NCBI GenBank assembly: GCA_051251855.1
Contig: JBPOGI010000001.1
Coordinates: 352,001-416,000, forward strand
From: Roseibacillus sp.
GTDB taxonomy: Bacteria > Verrucomicrobiota > Verrucomicrobiia > Verrucomicrobiales > Akkermansiaceae
DNA: 64,000 nt
Direction: 5' to 3'
Each line of letters begins with the position of its first letter. Position 1 is the stretch's first letter. Of the stretch, positions 29,933-40,412 are shown one piece after another. The notes under the pieces were generated by a model. That model made no database searches and was not told the DNA's origin. It saw nothing but the letters and a program-made list of their open reading frames with translations. The position numbers were made by a program, and so were the translations under genes.

Positions 29933-31525
29933 CTACTTCGAGAGGGATTCTCTTTCCCGGGCGGCCTTCAGGTCCCTTTCAAGCTTCCGGAAGATGGCCT
30001 GATACTTCGGGAACATCGCTCGACTACCAAAGTCACTTTGAGCGTCCGTCATGATACGGGCGATAATGCGTTCTCTCTCTTCGAAAGGCTGCCGGTAAAA
30101 GGTGAGTGCTTGCTCGATGGCCCAGCGCAAACCGTGGCTCGTGAAATAGTCAAAGACGAATCCGTTTCCGCTCTCTCCTCCGTCCCTCAGGGGCTCGACA
30201 GTATCGTGGAGCCCTCCAGTATTGTGCACGATAGGGATAGTGCCATAGCGGGCCCCAATCATCTGCGGGAGTCCGCAGGGTTCAAAGGAAGAGGGCAGGA
30301 GAACAAAGTCGGCACTTGCGAACGCTTGTCGGGAGAGACGTTCATCGAAGCTTCTAAGCGCAACCCGGTGAGAGATGTCGTGACGCTCGATGATGTCTTG
30401 AAAGTGCTTTTGGTAGCTGCCGTCTCCGATGATGACGAGGTGCAATCCCTCTTCGGTATGAGCATCCAAAGTTTCGTAGAGGATTTCGGTCAGGAGTTGG
30501 CAGCCTTTCTGAATAGGATCCAGACGAGAAGGCCAGAAGAGCATGGGAGCGTCAGGGTTCTCGGGGAGATCGAGCTCTCGCTGAAGCATCATTTTATTGA
30601 AGCGTTTGCTCTCACGGTGGTCATCAACATCATAGCATTTGGCAATGCTTTCATCCTTCCTGGGGTCATAGGAAGAGCTAGGGGTGTTGAGGATTCCCTC
30701 CGCATAACCATACTCCAGTTTAACCGAGAGATCGTGCTGAATGCTGCCTGGGAGCTCACCGAATTTTCCGTGAATCATCTCTTGCAGGAAGGTTGGGCTT
30801 ACAGTGGTGACAAAGTCCGCGTTCAGGATTGCGGAAGAAAGGAGGTCAATGGTGTTGTGATAATAGCTACTCTCGAAGTCATAGGGATAGTTCTCGAAGT
30901 AGAGCTGATGCCAGAAGTCGCGGACATCAATACCTCGGTTTTCGATTTCGGCCAAGGAGGTGCGCTCGCGATGGATATTGTGAATCGTGAAGAGACTCTT
31001 GATGCCTTGTTGGCGGCAGACGGCGGGAATCAGGCTGGTCATCCAATCGTTACAATGAACGATATCGGGCTGAACTTTGGGAATGATGTGATTGATGACT
31101 TCCCGCTGAAAGGCGAGGGAGGCCGTTAGCAATTGTGCGGCATTACCATGGTAAGCGGAGGGTTTATGGTAGAAGGCGCTGTCTTCGGCGAGATGAATAC
31201 GTGAGTTCTCTCGGGGGGGGCTACCTTTCTGGTGATCGTTGCGGAAGAGATCGCGGTAGTGGGGGATGGCGAGATGGACATCGGCTCCGTCATCCGCGAG
31301 GCCCTCCAGAAGGGTCGCAGAGACATCGGCCATTCCGCCGGCCTTGGCGCGAATGGATTGCACACCTTCTCCTAATAAGCTCGGGACCGAAGAGATCTCG
31401 GGGGTGATAAAAAGGATGCGCGGTCGGCCCAGCTCTTTCTGCTGGTTTATTGTTTGCGTTGGTGTGCTTCCATCGCTTGCTACCCTCTCCGGCGAGGAGG
31501 CTAGCTTGTCCAAGTTGGTTGTCAT
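29933..31525 (-). CDS. glgA: Glycogen/starch synthase (GT5)
   Basis: KAGGMADV, IVHCNDW, FTIHN, QKG, EPCGLPQM, TGGLHDTV. Confidence 0.92.
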   Translation of the reverse strand: MTTNLDKLASSPERVASDGSTPTQTINQQKELGRPRILFITPEISSVPSLLGEGVQSIRAKAGGMADVSATLLEGLADDGADVHLAIPHYRDLFRNDHQKGSPPRENSRIHLAEDSAFYHKPSAYHGNAAQLLTASLAFQREVINHIIPKVQPDIVHCNDWMTSLIPAVCRQQGIKSLFTIHNIHRERTSLAEIENRGIDVRDFWHQLYFENYPYDFESSYYHNTIDLLSSAILNADFVTTVSPTFLQEMIHGKFGELPGSIQHDLSVKLEYGYAEGILNTPSSSYDPRKDESIAKCYDVDDHRESKRFNKMMLQRELDLPENPDAPMLFWPSRLDPIQKGCQLLTEILYETLDAHTEEGLHLVIIGDGSYQKHFQDIIERHDISHRVALRSFDERLSRQAFASADFVLLPSSFEPCGLPQMIGARYGTIPIVHNTGGLHDTVEPLRDGGESGNGFVFDYFTSHGLRWAIEQALTFYRQPFEERERIIARIMTDAQSDFGSRAMFPKYQAIFRKLERDLKAARERESLSK

Positions 31526-31689
31526 GGCTGTTCGGTTTCTTGAGGTTGCTCTTTTGGAGCGTTGAGCGGGGTGGGGGCTGGGAGGTTCTGAGCGGCTACG
31601 GCGGCCAGAAGAAGGAGAGTGATGAGCACAAGCAGAAGCGTCCAGATGAGGTGGGGATGGCCGAAAGTATCCCGCGAGCTTGATTTCAT
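31522..31689 (-). CDS. 55-aa single-TM or secreted small protein
   Basis: MKSSSRDTFGHPHLIWTLLLVLITLLLLAAVAAQNLPAPTPLNAPKEQPQETEQP; stop overlaps the glgA start (ATGA). Confidence 0.65.
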   Translation of the reverse strand: MKSSSRDTFGHPHLIWTLLLVLITLLLLAAVAAQNLPAPTPLNAPKEQPQETEQP

Positions 31690-31724
31690 ATTGCCAGACT
31701 AGGCTTGATTAACTGAATATCTCA

Positions 31725-31756
31725 GCATGGTTTGCCACGGGTTGGGCGCCGATTGC
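31725..31756 (-). promoter_or_regulatory. 21-bp-period direct-repeat site (perfect)
   Basis: GCAA-TCGG-CGC-N10-GCAA-ACCA-TGC; TAGTCT 23 nt downstream. Confidence 0.85.
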
Positions 31757-31839
31757 GAGAAAGGAGAGGAGCACGGTGAGAGGTCTCGCTTTAGAAGAGC
31801 TGTTTTCGCAGTAAGGGCATCTCAATCCGATTGATATTT

Positions 31840-33531
31840 ATGAAAGACGATCCCGAAATTGCTTACTTCTCGATGGAGATTGCACTCCAATCCAAGCTCC
31901 CCACCTATGCCGGTGGTCTCGGAATTCTTGCGGGTGACACCCTTCGATCCGCTGCCGACATGGAGGTGCCGATGTGTGCCGTGACTCTTCTTCATCGTAA
32001 GGGCTATCTTCGCCAGGAATTGGATGCCAGCGGGTGGCAGTTCGAGCATGAATGTCCTTGGTCTGTTGAGGGGGCTTTGGAGGAAATGAGTCCTCGTGTG
32101 CGGTTGTCGTTGGATGGTAGGGAGTTAGAGGTGAGATGTTGGCGCTACTTTATCGTGGGAATTACCGGTCACCAGTTGCCCGTCTATTTGCTCGATGTTG
32201 ATTTGAATGAGAACGAAGAGCGAGACCGGCACTTCACCGATCGTCTGTACTTGGGCGACCATTATCACCGTATTATTCAAGAGGCGATTCTAGGGATAGG
32301 GGGGGTGCGCATGTTGACTGCTCTGGGTTATGATAGCATCCGTCGCTATCACATGAACGAAGGCCATGCCGCCCTGCTTGGTTTGGAGCTGTTAGAAGAA
32401 GAAATGATGAAACAGGGAGGTGAAGAGCTGAGCGATTCCGTCCTGAGTGCGGTACGACGAAAGTGCGTCTTCACGACTCATACGCCCGTCGCGGCGGGTC
32501 ATGACCAATTCAGTTTGGGTCTGATGAAGCAAATCTTGGGGGACCGTGTCCTCTTTCGTCAGGGACAGCACTTGTTTAGGCCAAAGGCTCATGAGGAAAA
32601 CCAATTCAACATGACCTACCTCGCGCTTAATGTGAGCCGTTACGTGAATGGGGTGGCCAAGCGCCATGCCGAAATTTCGCGTATCATGTTCGCAGAGTAT
32701 GAGATAGATGCCATTACCAATGGTGTTCACGCAGGTACTTGGGTAACTTCGTCCTTTGCAGAGTTGTTTGACCGCTATCTTCCCAAATGGAGGGAGGATA
32801 ATTTTCTTTTTCGGTCGGTGCTTAAAATTCCGCGAGAAGAGATTTGGGATGCGCACTTGGATTGTAAGAAAGCGCTCTTTGCCCGGGTGCAGGCCGAGGC
32901 CGGGGTGTCCTTTGACCCCGAACTTCTGACGCTGGGCTTTGCGAGACGAGCCACTGCATACAAGCGTCCAGAACTCCTTTTTGAAAACGAGGACTGGCTC
33001 TTTGACATCGCTCGGGAGGCTGGTGGGTTACAGATTATCTTTGCGGGGAAAGCGCATCCCGGCGACGACCAAGGTAAGTTTCACATTCAACATATTGTGC
33101 AGTCCAGAGAACGGATGGCTGCTCACGGGGTACATCTCGTTTTCCTGACGAACTACGATATGGCGCTCGGTAAGTTGATGACGAGTGGAGTTGATCTCTG
33201 GTTGAATACTCCGCAGCCACCCTTGGAAGCCTCGGGAACGAGTGGCATGAAGGCTGCGCTGAATGGGGTGCCGAGTCTCAGTATTCTCGATGGTTGGTGG
33301 CATGAGGGCTGTCTGGAGGATGTCACTGGGTGGGCCATCTGCTCGGAGGCGAGTGGTCAGGATGCCCGTTCTCTCTATGAGAAGTTAGAGCGCCGGATTG
33401 TGCCGATGTATCGCGATCGACGTTCGGACTTCATCGACGTGATGCGCCAAGCCATCGCCCTCAATGGTTCCTACTTCAATACCGAACGCATGGTTTTGCA
33501 GTACGTAGAGCGAGCCTATTTTTCGCGATGA
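31840..33531 (+). CDS. glgP: Alpha-glucan (glycogen) phosphorylase, short form
   Basis: AYFSME, YAGGLGILAGD, HMNEGH, FTTHTP, GFARR..YKR, EASGTSGMK. Confidence 0.95.
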   Translation: MKDDPEIAYFSMEIALQSKLPTYAGGLGILAGDTLRSAADMEVPMCAVTLLHRKGYLRQELDASGWQFEHECPWSVEGALEEMSPRVRLSLDGRELEVRCWRYFIVGITGHQLPVYLLDVDLNENEERDRHFTDRLYLGDHYHRIIQEAILGIGGVRMLTALGYDSIRRYHMNEGHAALLGLELLEEEMMKQGGEELSDSVLSAVRRKCVFTTHTPVAAGHDQFSLGLMKQILGDRVLFRQGQHLFRPKAHEENQFNMTYLALNVSRYVNGVAKRHAEISRIMFAEYEIDAITNGVHAGTWVTSSFAELFDRYLPKWREDNFLFRSVLKIPREEIWDAHLDCKKALFARVQAEAGVSFDPELLTLGFARRATAYKRPELLFENEDWLFDIAREAGGLQIIFAGKAHPGDDQGKFHIQHIVQSRERMAAHGVHLVFLTNYDMALGKLMTSGVDLWLNTPQPPLEASGTSGMKAALNGVPSLSILDGWWHEGCLEDVTGWAICSEASGQDARSLYEKLERRIVPMYRDRRSDFIDVMRQAIALNGSYFNTERMVLQYVERAYFSR

Positions 33532-33541
33532 GTCCCATCGA

Positions 33542-33572
33542 CAAAAAATAGGCCCCGGGGGTTCCCTGTTTT
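33542..33572. terminator. Possible weak bidirectional terminator
   Basis: A-tract, TAGG...CCTG, T-tract between convergent genes. Confidence 0.35.
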
Positions 33573-33575
33573 TGG

Positions 33576-35918
33576 CTATCTCCGGATAATTTGATAGAAG
33601 GCCTTGGCCTCAGTGGCTGTGGTATCCGTGAAGGTGCCGGTGCCGCTTTCACTACTGACTGTGTCCACTTGATACCAACTTCCGTCCCTGAAGGAGGTGG
33701 ATTTCAAGAGAGAATAGGTGAATCCATTCTCGATCGGAGCGGTACATTGGAATTCCTGATTGGCTGCATTGTATTGTAAGTCGGAAGTGGCAGGCATGGG
33801 GCTGAGCGTGTCCGGAAGCAGATCTAGAAAGAAGTTCATATGAGAAATGGTCGCTCCTGGAGCGATAGTCACTTCCGCTGCGTCGGCAATGTCGTAGGCA
33901 TTGTCGAACCATTGCGGTGTCGGATAGCCGGGTTCCTCTTCGGTTTTCCAACGGATCTTGTATGTGCCCGCTGGAATATTCGGAAGGTAGTAGTCCCAGC
34001 CTTCGCCCCAAGGCAGCGTCATCTCGAAGGATTTGAGGCCGGTCGAGGGATCGTAGAACTCCACCGTGCCAGTGGCTCCATGCGAAAAGAAGGGGTCGCG
34101 CATGAGAGCTTGGTAACCAGTGAGCATTCCAGCGGCGGGGTTGTTCGTGACCTCAAAGACTTTGGCCTGAGTGGCACTTCCGCTGGGAAGGGTGGCGCCG
34201 ACATCCAGGGTGTAGAGTCCCGGCTTGGTGTCGGCGTCAACTTGCAGTGTCGCCGTGTAAGTGAGGTTTCCGTTCGAAAATTCACCGTCAATGCTTTGTA
34301 CGATACTTCCGTTATTGCCCCAGCTGAAGCCGGTCATCGCTTGGCTAGCGGTCACGGTGATGACAAATGTGGAGGTCCCTGAGTTGTCGATAGAGGTGCC
34401 CGTGGGGACAATGGTGAAGCTCTCGATCTTCGGATCGGCGGGAGTCGCTATCGTGACCGGGTAGTCACTACTGATCGCGCCCGGGCCATTGACTGTAATC
34501 GTGCAGGAACCATCGTCCTGAGGCATGACCAGCGAAGAGTCCCATGGTTGAGACGCATTCCAGGCCTGGATAACCGTTGAATCACAGGTGGAGATGGTGA
34601 GGTCGACATAGTCAGTGATGTCATTGCCGCCATCGTCGACGAGGGTGGCCTGGACTGGCACCTCTTTTTGTGAAGTGAGGGCGAGGGGAGTGGGTAATGG
34701 GATCCAGTTGAAGGAAGAATCCTGATATTCGAGAGTCAAGGCACCTGGATTGCGCACATCAATTGTCAGCGGAAAGGTCCGTGGTGCAAAGCCGGCAGCA
34801 CTAGCCGTGATGGTGAAGGTGTGGAGCCCCGGGGTGAGGCCGGTGGTATCGATTCCGATGCGGCTGCCGCCATCTCCTGCGATATTCGCGGGGTAGGGAG
34901 TGGCGGTCGGGGCTTCGGGCACGGAAAAGGTGATGCCACCGACGGGCGCGCAGTTGTTATGGCAATCGATATCGACATTCACTTGGACCACCTAACCGGG
35001 CACGGCGATGGGAACTGTCAGTTCTTGGTCAAAGCCGGACGCACGGAAGCGAGTGGCAGTAAAATGGGGTGAGGTGATCTCAATGTTGCGTGATTCTCCA
35101 GTGCGGACTTTGTTGGGAAGGACGACCGAAGTGAGCCCGCCGCCGCAGGGGTCGTTCACTGTCATCTCGATGAGGGTGTCGGACCAAGAATTGATGACCA
35201 CCCCCGCCTCGCTATCAGAGATGAGGACGCTTCCTTGAATTGCTCCGAAACCGCTGCCGTTGATTTGCACGGTGTCGCCGTAGGTAACCTGGGAAGGGGA
35301 AACTTGTCCCAAAATGGGTAGCACTTCCGGGGTGAGAGAGGAGGTGAGGCTGACGTTGTCTCCGAAGTAGCTTCCGTCGCCCACTTTTTCGATGGTCAGG
35401 GCGAGCAAGCGTTCAGCATCGGCGGGGAAGGTGAAGCTCTCGGATACGGTCGTGAAACTTGAGTTTACGATCATCGAGTTGTCTGGAATAACCACAGTCT
35501 CTTGGGCGATGCTGCCATTAGAGAGACTGAACTCCAAACTTAACTCGATGGTGTCGGAGTCTGGGAACTCCCATCGGGATTTCATGTCGATTGAGGCAAT
35601 CATCGTTTGGTTTGCGATGCTGGGAACATTGAGGTTTTGACGCAGTAGCGTGCCTTGGTAGCCGAAATCTTGAAGGCTAAAGCTTAAATAGCCACCCGGT
35701 GCTTCGTGAACATAGGGAGAGTCTCCAGCGAGGGCAGCAGGCACCGTCCAGTCTACGAGAATCTCATTGAATCCTCCATTGCGAATGAGTTCGGATTGAG
35801 CTTGCCCCGCAAGAGGTGCAAGCGAAATTGCCGCGCCAAGCAAGAAGCGACTAGAACGGGTTTTACTTAGAAAGGTGGAGGGTAAGCCGGCTCCACTCGG
35901 CATTGTTTGTGTTTTCAT
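33576..35918 (-). pseudogene. Secreted multidomain protein (IPT/TIG and Ig-like modules) interrupted by one in-frame TAG at 34992-34994
   Basis: ORFs 34992..35939 and 33576..34991 are contiguous and in frame (VPG*VVQV); only the first has a signal peptide; GDTVQINGSGFG..SWSDT TIG motif; ends AFYQIIRR. Confidence 0.7.
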
Positions 35919-35979
35919 AAGATTTTTTAGATTTTTCAATTCAATTGAATTATCTCACTGGGGACCGAGAGCGTTCTCG

Positions 35980-36011
35980 GCATCTATTGATTCCATTTGC
36001 GCAGTTTTTGG
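35980..36011 (-). promoter_or_regulatory. 21-bp-period direct-repeat site (perfect)
   Basis: CCAA-AAAC-TGC-N10-TCAA-TAGA-TGC. Confidence 0.85.
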
Positions 36012-36045
36012 TGATTCGTGACCAATAAGGCGGCGGCTGCGCTGC

Positions 36046-36082
36046 AAAAAAACGGCCCCTGTCACGCGAGTGACAAGGGCCG
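36046..36082 (-). terminator. Intrinsic terminator after the 36099 gene
   Basis: CGGCCC-TTGTCAC-TCGC-GTGACAG-GGGCCG followed by a T-tract on the minus strand. Confidence 0.8.
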
Positions 36083-36098
36083 GGATTGCCGCAAAAAG

Positions 36099-39000
36099 TT
36101 AGTTGAACTCGTTTAAGAAGAAATCCAGGCGTAGAAATTTTTTAGGTGTGTCCATTGGAACTCTGCAAAGGCGGCCCTCGGAGCCGGTGACGAGAACGGC
36201 ACTCGGGTCCAACTCGTCAACGACATTCAACTTCGACCACATCGATAGGTCGGGAGACCATTCCCCAAGGTAGAGGAGGTCCGCTCCCACCCGGTCATTC
36301 CAACTACGATAGCGCAGCACAAGCCAGTTTTGACCATCGAATGTCTCAACAGACGATGCGATGGGCGGAACGTCAGCGACATTGGGATTCATGTTGAGGG
36401 CGTATTCGACCCAGTTGCTGATACCGTCGCCATCCGGATCTGCGAATTCGAGGGCATCACTTCCGGTGAGGCCGTTGATGCTTGCCCAATCCTGGTAGGA
36501 TATCTCGCTGGAGTCTTGGGCGACTAACACCGCATTGTGGCGCGAGACCGGAGGGTCTCCATCTGTCGGATAGATGACGCTGAAGTGGGGGGCGACCACG
36601 GAGTCAAACGTTCCCACTCGATTGGAGGATTTTAGAACTTCGAATTCCGTGCCAACCGGAGGACTGTAGCCACTCTCGTTCCAAGCCACCAAGGTGCCTG
36701 CGATTGTTGCGGTGGAATTGACTTGTAGAATGTCGAAGTCAGGACTCGTGGCATCACTCCCGGCAACCCCGATCCTGAGCTCTCCGGTCGCGGTCTGAAC
36801 AAAGGAATACTCCATGGTTACTTTGCCTGATGAGGGGGCGATGGCGAGGGAGCCCTCGTTGATGAACTGGTTTCCGGCACTGTAGTATCTGTCTAACAGA
36901 ACCCCATTGCCCAAGGTCAGGGAGCCATTGCTTGTGTTGCGGAGAATGGAGTTCTCCCAGTTCTGAATCGAACCGTCTGTCACATTCATGGCTCCCGCAT
37001 TGCGGAGTTCGGAGCCACTATTGATTCGGTGGAGGGAAGGGCCCGAGACCGTTGCGTCGCCATCGAAGGTGACAACGCCATCAAGATAGCCTGAGGTCCA
37101 GAGGATATTGGACCCGGAAAGAACTCCTGCGTCCCCAGCTGAAGAAGAGAGGGTGCCTCCCGCTAGTTGGAAGGTGGTATCGAAGAGGGTAGTGGTTCCT
37201 ACAAGAGTAGTGGTACTGGACTCGACAATCAGAGTGCCGCCGCCGGTGATTGAGCCCCCATCCATAAGACCCAGAGGATCGCGAACCAAGAGGCGTCCTG
37301 TCTCGATAGCGATTCCGCTCTCATTTACAGTGGTGATGTCATCCAGAATGGCATCGCCGCTCGAGCTTGTGCGGCGAATGAGTCCTTGGTTAACAAGGGA
37401 GTGATCACCGTAGAATTGGGTGAAAATGTTCCCCTCTCCAGCCATTTCTAGAGTGCCGCTGGGTGAGATTGTCCAAGTGACGGTATCGTAGTTTTCCACC
37501 GACCCAGGCCCCAACCAGAGCAAACGGCCGTCGATTTCGATGGTCGCTAGCGATTGGGCCCGTTTGAGGGCGCCATCTCCGGAGATGGTCATCGTTTCGT
37601 TGCTTTTGACCCGACTGGCTCCATCCAGATATCCTGCGGTCCACAGGCTCCCCTCGGTAAAAATAGCTTCGCCATCAGGAGCCGCTCCCTCCACGGTTCC
37701 TCCCGCGAGATGAACTCGAACTTCCACGGGATTGAGCGCACTGATAGTGCCACCAGTAACGTTCACTTCGCCTGGTCCTGTGATGGATGCTCCCGTCATG
37801 AGGATGTAGCTGTCGCTGCGGAAACGGAGTTCGCCCGTTCCGGTGGATTCGAAAAGTCCGCTGCTTTCTCCGCCTCCATCGAGAATGAGGAGACCATTGG
37901 GAATGGAAACTGTGCCGTCGTTGTCCAACTTCCAAGTCATGGTTGTATCCGAGAGAACACTGGTTTCCAGCAGCCCTCCGCTCTGAATCTCGACTGTGGG
38001 ATAGGTGTAGAAGTCATCTAGCACACAATTGCCATTGAGGTGAAAGAGACCTCCATTAAGGATCACGATTCGCACCAAGTTGTTGTAGCCAATGATAGTA
38101 CCCGAGCTAAAGAGAATCTCTCCGGCGACCTGAAGCTCGGCTTCGCTTTCGAACCGCTTGGTCGCGCCTGCGCCCTCTTGAATTTCAAGAGTGGAGTCCG
38201 CGCCAATCGTCCAGTGACCTTCTGCGTATCCGCCGGTCCAAACAAGGTGGCCGGTCACCGTTCCGCCCAGTCCTGTCCAACTCCCCGCAGACCAAGTCGT
38301 GGGCGCGAGGATGTCGACTGTTCCTTCGAGCTCGGTCGTTCCATTAATGAGGACCTCTCCGCTGCCGGTGATGGTGGAGGTTTCTTCGAAGAGTTGTGTG
38401 CCTTGCAACTCCAGAGTCGAAGTTGAGCAACTGACATCTCCTTTTTGGTGATAGATGAGAGAGTCGCAGACGGTCGATCCTCCCGCACCTGTGCTTTTGT
38501 TGAGGAGGCCTGCGTTGACGAGTTGGCTTCCTTCATAGAATCGGCTGAATGGCTGCCCGTCTGCAGCCAAATCGCAGAGGCCGCCCGGGAGGATATTGAA
38601 AAGGTTGTTGCTATACGCTTCCACTGAGGAGGGACCTGACCAGCGATAGGTTCCGGCAATATCAATGACGGCCGCATCCTTCAGCCGTTTGAAACCTGCT
38701 CCTGAGACATCCAAAAGGGAGCCGCTGGGGACGGTTAAGTGCCCAGTGAGAGAGCCAGCTTCCCAATCAAATAGACCCACGATGGAGCAAGGATTCGAGC
38801 AAGTGAGGTCGTTGCCGAGGAAGCGCAAGGCAGTGGCGTTTTGAGTCACGCTGCCGTTCAAGAAAATGTCTCCATTGAGGTGAACCTCTCCAACTCCTTG
38901 GATAATGCTATGATTTTCTAGATTCCAAACTCCATCCAAGAGGATGATTCCACTCTGGACGTCAATCGTTCCTAGATGGGTGGTGGTCCAATTGTTCAGT

Positions 39001-40235
39001 TGTAGGGTGCCTGCTCCGGCAGATTTGCGAATGGTTCCGTAGTTGGTGAGGCTGCTAGAGTCGTAGTATTCTGAAAAAGGATCTCCATCAATGGCGCAGT
39101 CGATCACTCCTCCGGCCTGATTAACGAAGGAGCAATCGTCGTAGGCTTCAACTGCGCTCGTTGCTTGGTAGAGGAAAGTTCCGTGATTCTCGATCGAGGT
39201 CGCGGTCGTCATGCGGCGAGAGCCGGATCCGGTGACTTGTAGGGTGGCTCCGCTTGGGATGGTGAGTGTGCCTGTGATATTTCCGGTCTGCCACTCCAAG
39301 TTGCCTTGGATTGCCGCACTGGCAGCTGCAGTCAGGGTGCCACCGTCTAGGATGAGGCTGACGATAGACTCATTGAGAGTCCCTCCGAGGGTGGTCGTGC
39401 TACTGGCAATTCGTATGGTGGATGTGCCTGAGAAGGTCGCGTTGTGGGGTACGGCGACGGGAGCTTTGAACTGTAGCTCGCCAGCATCGCAGCGAGTGTC
39501 GCCCGGCAGATTGTAGGTCCAGTCGCCACTGAGCTCGGTGGTATCGGTAGAACCGTTTTTTAGCAGTAAGCCAGAGTTGTTGAAAATGTTGTCGCCGTAG
39601 AAATTGGTGAAGGGGATGATACTACCATTTAAGGTCCAGGTGCCAATGTTGTTGATAATGCATTCATCATAGCCTTCCAAAACTCCGCCGCTCATCAGAA
39701 CGGATCCGTTGTTGGTAATGGTAGAGGCTGTTCCCAAGCGAGTTTGGCCGGAGGGAAGGATGAGAGTCGCTCCGCTTGGAACGAACAGGTTTCCGTAGAG
39801 GCCTCCTCCACTGTAGCTGAGGCTAGAGTCGAAGGTGAAGGCGGGCGAGTGGAGGTTGAGACCGGTCAAGGAGGCCGCGTTGGTGATGTGGAAGCTGTTC
39901 GCTCTCAGGGTTCCTCCGCTGCAGTTAAAAGTCTGGACCGAGAGGTCTCCCATCCCAGCGATTTCTCCCGAGAGATTGAGTTCGGCCAAGGAGACACTGT
40001 CTCCGCCTGCCACGATGTAACCATCGACTGTTACGGTATCTCCAGTGGTTGGAACCCCACTGGGAATCCAGTTGGCACTGGCACTCCAGCTGCCGCCCCA
40101 TGGGCCATCCCAGTGGAAATTGGTAGCTCCTGCGTGACTAGAAAAAGCCAGTAAGCCAATGACAATTTGGGTGATTTGATAGAATCTCTTCTGCTTGGTT
40201 AGGTTCTCTTTGGAGTTTCTTACTTTTGACTTCAT
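36099..40235 (-). CDS. Large secreted Gly/Thr/Ser-rich repeat protein (passenger-like beta-helix) with DPDGDG C-terminal module
   Basis: Signal peptide, WSASANW..GVP, ~145-aa repeats (WxxGxxxG...FY...NxG), DPDGDGISNWVEYALNMNP, KKFLRL; ATG 40235 supported by promoter geometry. Confidence 0.8.
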   Translation of the reverse strand: MKSKVRNSKENLTKQKRFYQITQIVIGLLAFSSHAGATNFHWDGPWGGSWSASANWIPSGVPTTGDTVTVDGYIVAGGDSVSLAELNLSGEIAGMGDLSVQTFNCSGGTLRANSFHITNAASLTGLNLHSPAFTFDSSLSYSGGGLYGNLFVPSGATLILPSGQTRLGTASTITNNGSVLMSGGVLEGYDECIINNIGTWTLNGSIIPFTNFYGDNIFNNSGLLLKNGSTDTTELSGDWTYNLPGDTRCDAGELQFKAPVAVPHNATFSGTSTIRIASSTTTLGGTLNESIVSLILDGGTLTAAASAAIQGNLEWQTGNITGTLTIPSGATLQVTGSGSRRMTTATSIENHGTFLYQATSAVEAYDDCSFVNQAGGVIDCAIDGDPFSEYYDSSSLTNYGTIRKSAGAGTLQLNNWTTTHLGTIDVQSGIILLDGVWNLENHSIIQGVGEVHLNGDIFLNGSVTQNATALRFLGNDLTCSNPCSIVGLFDWEAGSLTGHLTVPSGSLLDVSGAGFKRLKDAAVIDIAGTYRWSGPSSVEAYSNNLFNILPGGLCDLAADGQPFSRFYEGSQLVNAGLLNKSTGAGGSTVCDSLIYHQKGDVSCSTSTLELQGTQLFEETSTITGSGEVLINGTTELEGTVDILAPTTWSAGSWTGLGGTVTGHLVWTGGYAEGHWTIGADSTLEIQEGAGATKRFESEAELQVAGEILFSSGTIIGYNNLVRIVILNGGLFHLNGNCVLDDFYTYPTVEIQSGGLLETSVLSDTTMTWKLDNDGTVSIPNGLLILDGGGESSGLFESTGTGELRFRSDSYILMTGASITGPGEVNVTGGTISALNPVEVRVHLAGGTVEGAAPDGEAIFTEGSLWTAGYLDGASRVKSNETMTISGDGALKRAQSLATIEIDGRLLWLGPGSVENYDTVTWTISPSGTLEMAGEGNIFTQFYGDHSLVNQGLIRRTSSSGDAILDDITTVNESGIAIETGRLLVRDPLGLMDGGSITGGGTLIVESSTTTLVGTTTLFDTTFQLAGGTLSSSAGDAGVLSGSNILWTSGYLDGVVTFDGDATVSGPSLHRINSGSELRNAGAMNVTDGSIQNWENSILRNTSNGSLTLGNGVLLDRYYSAGNQFINEGSLAIAPSSGKVTMEYSFVQTATGELRIGVAGSDATSPDFDILQVNSTATIAGTLVAWNESGYSPPVGTEFEVLKSSNRVGTFDSVVAPHFSVIYPTDGDPPVSRHNAVLVAQDSSEISYQDWASINGLTGSDALEFADPDGDGISNWVEYALNMNPNVADVPPIASSVETFDGQNWLVLRYRSWNDRVGADLLYLGEWSPDLSMWSKLNVVDELDPSAVLVTGSEGRLCRVPMDTPKKFLRLDFFLNEFN

Positions 40236-40273
40236 CGGAGTCACTATGAAGAAAGATAGGGTCACTTCACCAC

Positions 40274-40305
40274 GCGTGGGTTGACGTGGGATACGCACTT
40301 ATTGA
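40274..40305 (-). promoter_or_regulatory. 21-bp-period direct-repeat site (perfect)
   Basis: TCAA-TAAG-TGC-N10-TCAA-CCCA-CGC; CATAGT 25 nt downstream. Confidence 0.85.
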
Positions 40306-40354
40306 GGATGTTCTCCTCGGCGAAGCTAGTTGTGAACTAGGGCTTTAGAACGGC

Positions 40355-40369
40355 TAGGGAAATTCCCTA
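40355..40369. promoter_or_regulatory. 7-1-7 palindrome TAGGGAAATTCCCTA, candidate response-regulator site
   Basis: Perfect inverted arms upstream of the AraC gene, next to the NarL-type pair. Confidence 0.55.
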
Positions 40370-40412
40370 TGGGGCTAAGGAGTCGCATTAGATTCGTCAG
40401 GACAAGCTGCCA

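Noticed and set aside
29930..31129. 399-aa plus-strand ORF
   Set aside because: Antisense shadow of glgA with no recognisable motifs
31757..31840. Direct-repeat site for glgP (also sought for genes at 26515, 28827, 48269, 50225)
   Set aside because: No convincing 21-bp-spaced pair found, so these are not counted as direct targets
34992..34994. Pyrrolysine or genome-wide TAG recoding
   Set aside because: TAG terminates other genes normally (e.g. nnr, rbbA) and no pyl genes are in the window
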